Under the pieces are notes generated by a model. The model saw only the letters and a list, made by a program, of their open reading frames with translations. It was not told the DNA's origin and searched no databases. From the NCBI GenBank assembly GCA_002269645.1, contig NIVC01002121.1:116193-180192 (forward strand): a stretch of DNA of 64,000 bases, in the 5' to 3' direction. Each line of letters opens with the position of its first letter. The first letter of the stretch is position 1. The translations under genes and the position numbers were made by a program. Below are positions 55,501 through 64,000 of this stretch, piece by piece. The stretch comes from Macrostomum lignano (Eukaryota).

Positions 55501-58500
55501 TGGGCAGCGGTGTCCCATCCAAGGACAGTGGTGGGCAGCGGTGTCCCATCCAAGGGACAGAGGTGAGCAGCGGTGTCCCATCCAAGGGACAGAGGTGAGC
55601 AGCGGTGTCCCATCCAAGGATAGTGGTGGGCAGCGGTGTCCCATCCAAGGGACAGTGGTGAGCAGCGGTGTCCCATCCAAGGATAGTGGTGGGCAGCGGT
55701 GTCCCATCAAGGGACAGTGGTGAGCAGCGGTGTCCCATCCAAGGATAGTGGTGGGCAGCGGTGTCCCATCAAGGGACAGAGGTGAGCAGCGGTGTCCCAT
55801 CCAAGGGACAGAGGTGAGCAGCGGTGTCCCATCCAAGGATAGTGGTGGGCAGCGGTGTCGCATCCAAGGGACAGTGGTGGGCAGCGGTGTCCCATCCAAG
55901 GACAGTGGTGGGCAGCGGTGTCCCATCCAAGGGACAGTGGTGAGCAGCGGTATCCATTCCAAAGTGAAATAAATACAACTAGCGAGCTTTAAACCTGTGA
56001 GTTGCTATATAAAATTGCTATTCTCATCCCTTGCCCCATCAGCCGGACCCAAGAGCCGCTGCCGTGGATTGAGAAGCCGACGCCCAGACAGACTAACGCA
56101 CTAGGCGAGGCCACTCACGCCAGAGGCGGCCACGGAATATTCGGCCAGGGCCTCACCGACGCGCAGAAGCGGGAACGCGAGCGCTATCAGGACGAGTTGC
56201 GCGACCAGATGGAGGAGCGCCGGCGGCTGCGCGAGCTTGACCAGTTGCGCCAGCGCGAGGAAGACGAAAGAGAGCAGCGGCGGGTTGAGGAGCAGCAGAG
56301 GCGAATTCAAGCGGAGCTGGACGCTGAGAAACGGAAACAGACGGAGAAAGAGGAGGAGGCCAGGCGCAAGAACGAGGAGATGCTGCGGCTTGCCGAAGAG
56401 AAACGACGGTCTAGCGAGGCGGCGCGCAAGGCCAAGGAGGCGGACAGGTGGGTGCGGGGATGGACAGGTGGGTGCGGGGATGGACAGGTGGGTGCGGGGA
56501 TGGACAGGTGGGTGCGGGGATGGACAGGTGGGTGCGGGGATGGACAGGTGGGTGCGGGGATGGACAGGTGGGTGCGGGGATGGACAGATGGGTGCGGGAT
56601 GGACAGGTGGGTGCGGGATGGACAGGTGGGTGCGGGGATGGACAGGTGGGTGCGGGATGGACAGGTTGTTGCGGGGGTGGACAGGTGGGTGCGGGATGGA
56701 CAGGTGGGTGCGGAGATGGACAGGTGGGTGCGGGGATGGACAGGTGGTTGCGGGGGTGGACAGGTGGTTGCGGGGGTGGACAGGTGGGTGCGGGGGTGGA
56801 CAGGTGGGTGCGGGGGTGGGCAGGTGGGTGCGGGATGGACAGGTGGGTGCGGGATGGACAGGTGGGTGCAGGGATGGACAGGTGGGTGCAGGGGTGGGCA
56901 GGTGGGTGCGGGATGGACAGGTGGGTGCGGGATGGACAGGTGGGTGCGGGGATGGACAGGTGGGTGCGGGGATGGACATGTGGGTGCGGGGATGGACAGG
57001 TGGGTGCAGGGATGGACAGGTGGGTGCAGGGATGGACAGGTTGGTGAAGACAGATGGGTGCGGGGATGGACAGGTGGTTGCGGGGGTGGACAGGTGGGTG
57101 CGGGGATGGACAGGTTGGTGCGGGGATGGACAGGTGGATGCGGGGATGGACAGGTTGGTGCGGGGATGGACAGGTTGGTGCAGGGGTGGACACGGTGCGG
57201 GGATGGACAGGTAGGTGCAATGACAGACATTTTAACCAAGCTCCGGACCCGCCATTCGCGGTGCCAGGGAGCGGGTGGAGCGGGCAGCGGACGTGGCCAT
57301 GACCGAGCAGCAGCGGTCCCGCTCTCCACCAGTGCCGTCCATTCGCGGCGCACCGGCTTCAGCCGCCGAGGAGGCCGACACCCAACGCGAGGAGCCGCCA
57401 ACCGACAGCGAGTCGATTGTGCAGCTGGCCAGGCTGAGGAATCAGCTGCGCAGCGAGCGCCAACGCGTTGAAGACGCACTGGAGACGCAGAAATATCAGC
57501 CGGAGGTGTTTGACCCTCGACTGCACGGATTCGAGGGTCCGGGCGATCATCGGCCAGTGCAGGGGCCGGCTGTTGGCCAGCAGGTCGACGTTTTCGACAT
57601 GGCCAGGGACCGGCGCAAGGCGGCCCCGGTGTCGCGCAGGCCGAATAATTATCAGCAGCAGTCCAGCCTGGACCCTACTGCGGCTCAGGAGTTTAACAGG
57701 CTCAAGGCCAACTCTAGCGACCCGGCAGCAAATCAGGTGCGGGTGCCGGGTGTCCCATCTGGGAGCTTCTGGTCAGACATGGGATCCTTAGGCCCGTCTG
57801 GTAGCTTGAGGTCTCACCTGGGATATTTGTATGTCTAACATGCGATATTTAGGTCTCACATGGGATATTTAGGTCTCACCTAGCCGGTATATTTAAGTCT
57901 CTCCTGTTATATTTAGGTCTTACCTAGCTGGGATGTTTAGGTCTCACCTCGGATATTTTGGTCTCACCTGGGATACTGAGGGCATGATATGGGATCCTGA
58001 GCTATCTTTGAAATTACTGTACGTCACCTGGATCAGATATACTAGATATTAATATAATCTAGCTGCAAATCTCAGATATGCTGTTTATTCTATTCTATCC
58101 AGCGTCAGCTCACTCTCAGTATAATCGCTCATTCCAGGTGCGCAACTATTTCCCGGAAACGCCAATCAGTGGCGAAGCTCTCGAAGCGCAACAGGCGGCT
58201 CTCCTACGAGAGCAGCGCGACCGGCTGCGCCGCATGCAGGGCGGCGGCGGCGGCGGCGGCGGCGACGACCTCGACGGCCTCGGCCTTCGCCCCCGCGACC
58301 TCGGGCTGCGGTCCTACTCTCGGGCCGACTCTGCCCAGCTGCAGGCGGACACCGCTTTCGTTGACATCGATCAGCCGGTGTCAACTGGCCGCCTGGATCC
58401 GAACGGCTATCAGCAGCGACAGCCGTCGGTCAGCGGCGGCGGCGGCGGCTTCGGCTCGCAGGCCAGCCTGGACGCCGAGAGAATCGCACGGGCCAACGAG

Positions 58501-58674
58501 GCCCGCCTGCGCCGCCTGCAGCGGATGCAGGCTGATTCGGCTTCGTTGGAGGGCGCCTCGGGCGATCCGGACGAAGTGCTGGGCCGGTTCATGCGCCAGC
58601 AGCGCGGCCTTGAGGACAGCCGGCCGAGGACTGGCGACACTCTGCAGGACGACAGCTGGCTGTTGGCCAATTGA
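46568..58674 (+). CDS. CSPP1: Centrosome and spindle pole-associated protein 1; join(46568..46727,50414..51190,51903..52176,52987..53288,53596..53973,54501..55077,56043..56447,57268..57736,58138..58674), ~1292 aa
   Basis: EIDSFIVQEKQRL, ERNREYNEFLRGK, YDPWGRGGGGAPLKDEQGN, ARGGHGIFG...RYQDELRDQMEE; all nine exons join in frame with GT-AG. Confidence 0.85.
46850..49240. repeat. Three minisatellite arrays in CSPP1 intron 1 (46850-47110; 24-bp unit 47420-47850; 23-bp unit 48500-49240)
   Basis: Units GTTGAGACAGGATGAGAT, GCGGCAACCCACTATAGTACTCTC, CTGGCTCAAACTCCATAAAACAC. Confidence 0.9.
48128..50110. mobile_element. Two inverted partial copies of a hAT-like MITE (~48128-48372 and ~49756-50110)
   Basis: CAGGGGTTGGCAAAC-type ends; shared CTTTGAAACTT..CAATAGCAATCCGGCCCGCTCAA in opposite orientation; no TSD found. 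Confidence 0.5.
51240..58030. repeat. Distinct minisatellite arrays in CSPP1 introns 2-8 (51240-51730, 52270-52950, 53325-53580, 54075-54445, 55160-55950, 56448-57210, 57790-58030)
   Basis: Direct inspection; each intron has its own unit. Confidence 0.9.
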
Positions 58675-58984
58675 TCACTTTTCAGACACTTCCGTTATGA
58701 AGACAGGGATTGATCCGTCCGAACTGAACCTTGATATGCAGTTGTATTCGCATGACAGATCTATTTTTCATAAATTGAATTTTTTTACTTTTTTAACTTG
58801 GCTACTTCGAAACAGAGTTTTTAAAAGATTTTTTGACTCTTTCCAAATGTCTGCTCTTTGGTCCATTCCTTCTAATTGCCTTATTATGCGTTTCGTATTT
58901 AAAAGCAAATATGGTTTCAAAACAACCCCCTGTATTCATTGTACCTTTGCTCCTGACCAGTTCCTCTTCAAACCCTGTCCCCAA

Positions 58985-59580
58985 TGTACACCCGCTCTCT
59001 CCCTGACCCTATAACCCAACCCCGCTCCCTAGTGTACACTCATTCTGTCCCTTACTTCTCTAACCCAACCCCGCTCCCCAATGTACACTCCTTCTCTCCC
59101 TTACCCCTCTAACCCAACCCCCGCTCCCAATGTACACTCCTTCTCTCCCTTACCCCTCTAACCCAACCCCCGCTCCCCAATGTACACTCCTTCTCTCCCT
59201 TACCCCTCTAACCCAACCCCGCTCCCCAATGTACACTCCTTCTCTCCCTTACCCCTCTAACCCAACCCCGCTCCCCAATGTACACTCGTTCTATCCCTTA
59301 CCCATCTAACCTAACCCCGCTCCCCAATGTACACTCGTTCTATTCCTTACCCCTCTAATCCAACCCCGATCCCCAATGTACACTCCTTCTCTCCCTTACC
59401 CTCTAACCCAACCCCGCTCCCCAATGTACACTCGTTCTATCCCTTACCCATCTAACCTAACCCCGCTCCCCAATGTACACTCGTTCTATTCCTTACCCCT
59501 CTAATCCAACCCCGATCCCCAATGTACACTCATTCTCTCCCTTACCCCTCTAACCCACCCCCGGTCTCCAATGTACACTT
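58985..59580. repeat. ~55-bp C-rich tandem repeat
   Basis: CCCCAATGTACACTCCTTCTCTCCCTTACCCCTCTAACCCAACCCCGCT units. Confidence 0.9.
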
Positions 59581-60324
59581 ATTTTACATCAGAGAAAACA
59601 AATAGCGAGTTTCCCTTTGTATATTAATAGTGAAGGCAAACCAGCGTGATAATTTTTTTACAGAAGCCGCCTTTTTCAAAACAGAACTATTTTACAATGT
59701 TTAATCGATTTTTTTACTTTTGTGATAACTTCTAAGGCTATATATACGCTGTGCTATTTTTCCTCTATGCGATTGGCGTTTTTGTGCCTTAATGTTCCCT
59801 ACTCTTAGTAGTATATGAGTTAGATTTACTATAGCTGGGCTTTGCATCGAATTACTCATTGTTTTTAAAGCTGTTTTACTAATAGAGAAGTATTTTTATC
59901 TGTTTTTTTGTACCGCCAGGCCCTATCGGATTATATTGCTTATTGAATTTTTTTGTCTGTATAATCTTCTTTATTAACTGAAGTAGGTAACCTTTTAAAT
60001 AGTTTCTACTCCCAGGCACCGCTTGTTGTTGCTGGGAAGAAAATACAGATATGTACTTTTTCGAAAACTGCTAAAATGCTCTTCCCAGATTATTTTTGTT
60101 GAGTTTATATTGACAATAATATAATCCATCTCCTTGTTGCTGACCTAAATAAATGTGTCTCAAGATTGATAAGCTAATATGATGGACTTTTGATGCGCTC
60201 TCGCTTGTCCTGACTCCACCTCTTTTTCTATATAGCTCACTTTTTGTTTTATTCTTACATGTGCTATGAAACTGGCTTGATTTCAGTCAACACTTACTAG
60301 ACTAGATAACTCATAGGTGAGCTG

Positions 60325-61245
60325 AATCTTTGTGTCTGTAGCTGAATCTGTATGTCTGTAGCTGAATCTGTATGTCTGTAGCTGAATCTGTATGTCTGTA
60401 GCTGAATCTGTATGTCTGTAGCTGAATCTGTATGTCTACAGTTGAATCTGTATGTCTGTGGCTGAATCTGTATGTCTGTAGCTGAATCTGTATGTCTGTA
60501 GCTGAATCTGTATGTCTGTAGCTGAATCTGTATGTCTGTAGCTGAATCTGTATGTCTGTAGCTGAATCTGTATGTCTGTAGCTGAATCTGTATGTCTGTA
60601 GCTGAATCTGTATGTCTACAGTTGAATCTGTATGTCTGTGGCTGAATCTGTATGTCTGTAGCTGAATCTGTATGTCTGTAGCTGAATCTGTATGTCTGTA
60701 GCTGAATCTGTATGTCTGTAGCTGAATCTGTATGTCTGTAGCTGAATCTGTATGTCTGTAGCTGAATCTGTATGTCTGTAGCTGAATCTGTATGTCTACA
60801 GTTGAATCTGTATGTCTGTAGCTGAATCTGTATGTCTGTAGCTGAATCTGTATGTCTGTAGCTGAATCTGTATGTCTACAGTTGAATCTGTATGTCTGTA
60901 GCTGAATCTGTATGTCTGTAGCTGAATCTGTATGTCTGTAGCTGAATCTGTATGTCTGTAGCTGAATCTGTATGTCTGTAGCTGAATCTGTATGTCTGTA
61001 GCTGAATCTGTATGTCTACAGTTGAATCTGTATGTCTGTAGCTGAATCTGTATGTCTGTAGCTGAATCTGTATGTCTGTAGCTGAATCTGTATGTCTGTA
61101 GTTGAATCTGTATGTCTACAGTTGAATCTGTATGTCTGTAGCTGAATCTGTATGTCTGTAGCTGAATCTGTATGTCTGTGGCTGAATCTGTATGTCTGTA
61201 GCTGAATCTGTATGTCTGTAGCTGAATCTGTATGTCTGTAGCTTC
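60325..61245. repeat. 20-bp minisatellite (GCTGAATCTGTATGTCTGTA), ~46 copies
   Basis: Direct inspection. Confidence 0.95.
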
Positions 61246-61589
61246 AGCAGTAAATAAGAAGTTCATCAGTAGTTAAGGCCTGTATGAGCAAATTATCGTA
61301 AATAAAAAAGAGTCTGAGACCATTACGCATGTTATTATTTGTCTTTTCCCTGTTTCCACCCTTTTTCTTGCGAGTCGTTTACTTAATCCTCGTGTCGCAG
61401 TTTCCTGCAACTATTCTCCCCTTTCTTCGGTTCAAGGCGGGAGTGAAGCCCGTCTAAGCTCCCCCTGAAACCCACCGCTTCTTCCCCTCCTTGTACAATA
61501 TTTATTTCGTCTTCCTTTCTAGAGCTCACGGCCTCGCTAGCGTATCTCTCTACCCTCAGAGTTCTCCATGACACTTGTCACCCCCCCCC

Positions 61590-61720
61590 AGCCAATCAGC
61601 GCCACTCCCGTGTGACGCAAACCGAACAGGATCGAAAAATACTTTTAGGCCCCAGAATAAAATAGATTTAGCACGAACTGGCTTCGGGTTTTGAGTACAC
61701 GCTTGTATGCGCATGCGGAG
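61590..61720 (+). promoter_or_regulatory. Candidate promoter upstream of the nuclear receptor
   Basis: CCAAT (61592), TGACGCAA CRE/ATF-like (61613), TGCGCATGCG NRF1-like (61708); motif matches only. Confidence 0.35.
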
Positions 61721-61782
61721 ACTTTACCCTATCGCCTGTTGAATCCAACACTTTAATTTCATATCGAAAGAAGCAACAACCA

Positions 61783-62880
61783 ATGTACCAACAGCAGCAG
61801 CAGCAGCTCCTAGAAGACGAGTCTTGCAGTATCTGCTTCCGCAAAGCAACTGGTCATCATTACGGCGCAGTAACCTGCGAGGCTTGTAAAGCATTTTTCA
61901 AGCGCACTGTGCACTCTTGCGTGACCTACTTCTGCCCGGTGCAGCGCTCCGGCTCCCGCTGCCCGGTGCCCAAGAGCAGTCGCAAGCGGCATTGCCCTGC
62001 CTGCCGGTGGGTCCGCTGTCTGGAGGCCCGCATGCAGACCGCTCTGGTCCGCTGCTCATCGCCTACAGCTGCTCTTCTTCCTCCTGCATCGGCTGAGGCA
62101 TCAGCGGGGGCGACTCTGCTGACTGATTCCTGCAGTCAGCCGGCGGTTGACAGCGTTGAAACAGCCGAAGCTGCAGCATCAGCCGCCAGCCTGCCGTTGG
62201 GCGCGAGCCGCCTGTCTACATGCGCCAGCTGCTGGCTCAGCGGCCCGTCCAGGGCGACCATCAGGCATCGAACCGGAGCGCCCTGGTATGCCGACTGACC
62301 GAGCTGCTCAACGAGTGCACCCCAGATGATCAGCTTCATCAGCAGGCGGATGCTGAGCAGCTATCGGCCGCGTCCGTCAGCTCGCCCGCCGGCTCCCTAG
62401 GCCAGTCGGATGAGCACACTGCTCAGCTGGGTGCCGCCACTAATAAACTGGCCGTTGATCTGATTGATTTTTCTAAACGACTGACTGAATTCACTCAGCT
62501 GCCTATGGAGGACCGGGTTCGATTGCTGCAGATGCACTGGCTCAGCCTGACTGTGTGGCAGGTGGCCTACAGTTCTGTGCCCTACGATGGCAGTCTGAAG
62601 TTCTCGGCCAGCTATGCGCTGAGGGAGGATCAGGTGAGGACTGGCTGACTGATCGTCAGGCTGACTGATTGATTGATTGATTTATATTTATTTGAAGAGT
62701 GCCAAAACAACAGTTGACCAACAGCTAACAGCTAGAATTTCGCTGGCCCTTAAGTACGCGCACGGATCATACGTACGCTGCTGGCACATGCTCGGATTCG
62801 AATCCAGTCAGCTGCTACTCAGCTGGCGCTACTCTAGAGAAGTGTAGTTAAAACTCGTTTGCCGCGCCTGCAATCGAGCT

Positions 62881-62941
<61 letters not shown>

Positions 62942-62948
62942 ACAGGCG

Positions 62949-62991
<43 letters not shown>

Positions 62992-64000
62992 ACAGGCAGA
63001 CAGGCAGGCAGGCAGGCAGGCAGGCAAGGAGGCAGGCAGGCAGGCAGGCAAGCAAGGCAGGCTAATGGACAAGCAAAAAAGCGATGTTTTTAACCGAAGC
63101 GTTTCAACTGCCAGAACTGGTCGGAGGGGGGGGGGGGCAAAAAGACAGGATATGCTTTTGTTATCGCTTCGCACAGCAGCTGGTGCCCTGTGATCCCAGG
63201 TGCTTAATCGTGGAAGTACTCGTATTTTCAGAAGTCAGCAAAGCATTTTAGCCTAGCAAAGTGTTTTCGCTTTGGCTTCCGTAAGTTTTCCTTTGACGAC
63301 AAAGAGTCGTCAGTTCCTGCTTCTCCAATTATCCTTTCCTTTGTAGTCATGTAAAGATGAACTGAAAGAACTCATCGCTAACACTGCGCCAGCCTCCCAG
63401 ATCCCCAGATCCTCAGTTGCTGGACCAGCCTCCCAGATCCGCAGTTGCTGGGCCAGCCTCCCAGAGTGTCAGTTGCTGGGCCAGCCTCCCAGATCCTCAG
63501 TTGCTGAGCCAGCCTCCCAGATCCCCAGTTGCTGGGCCAGCCTCCCAGATCCCCAGTTGCTGGCCAGCCTCCCAGATCCTCAGTTTCTGGGCCACTGCCA
63601 CCTTCCCAGATCCACAGGCGTGGTCTGTAGCTTCGCAGGCACTCTATGCCGAAACTTCAAGCCCGTACTGCAACAGCCTACTGTCAGTAGAAACAATGGC
63701 AAACAAGCTTATAAAAAGCTGATATATTTTGTCATCATCTGTCCCGCAGGCCTCCAGCGTGGCCGGCCTGATCCCGGTTCGCTGCGGCAGCAGATGCGGT
63801 GTCTGGCCCGCCTGCTGACCAGCACAGGCGTCACCGGCGGAGTTCCTCCTGCTCAAATTGGTGTTTCTATTCGACGCCGCGCCCCCACTGGACGAATGGC
63901 GCCAGCCGGAGCAGATCCAGGCCGCCCAGGCCACCTACCTGCGGGAGCTGCGGACCATCTGTCCGGACAATGCTCGCCGAGGCAAGCTGCTGTCTCTGAG
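61783..64000 (+). pseudogene. Nuclear receptor, ERR/NR3B-like P-box, with several apparent frameshifts; truncated by the window edge
   Basis: DBD CSIC...HYGAVTCEACKAFFKRTV...CPACRWVRC; LBD LIDFSKRLTEFTQLPMEDRVRLLQMHW (to donor 62635); next exon from 63750 contains EFLLLKLVFL...RGKLLSL but needs two frame changes. Confidence 0.65.

Noticed and set aside
31260-58984. Antisense and alternative-frame ORFs overlapping HCFC1, CSPP1, TM9SF3 and FReD exons
   Set aside because: Expected by-products of GC-rich coding DNA; no recognisable motifs.
47411-61266. Numerous repeat-derived ORFs (REYYSG, PLILLST, ESQCL, MGHRC, GQVGAG, YRHTDS)
   Set aside because: Each is a translation of an intronic or intergenic minisatellite.

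Overview
Eukaryotic (animal) genomic DNA. GC-rich exons are separated by GT-AG introns that nearly all contain tandem repeats, a style reminiscent of the free-living flatworm Macrostomum (inference only, host not established). Host genes: a SOCS-family SH2/SOCS-box gene (+), TM9SF3 (+), a secreted fibrinogen-related-domain gene (+), HCFC1 (-), CSPP1 (+) and a frameshifted ERR-like nuclear receptor running off the right edge (+). The key accessory feature is an 8,955-bp AT-rich Polinton/Maverick (adintovirus-like) endogenous virus at 14489-23443. It has ~384-bp near-identical TIRs starting AGTAGT and a perfect 6-bp TSD (GGCGAC), and it is inserted in the middle of a tRNA-derived SINE. It encodes major and minor capsid proteins, a packaging ATPase, a truncated protease, membrane-active core-like proteins, a PLA2-integrase fusion and a giant-virus-type HNH endonuclease, but no DNA polymerase. 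The most notable observation is a 323-nt group I self-splicing intron (P1, P3, P4, P6, P7 and P9 all readable by eye) that interrupts the PLA2 Ca-loop motif of the PLA2-integrase gene, with the free-standing HNH gene 107 bp away. The element also carries five structure-conserved 28-nt double-hairpin motifs and TIRs that fold back on an internal copy of their own terminus. All alignments and folds were done by eye; no database searches were run.
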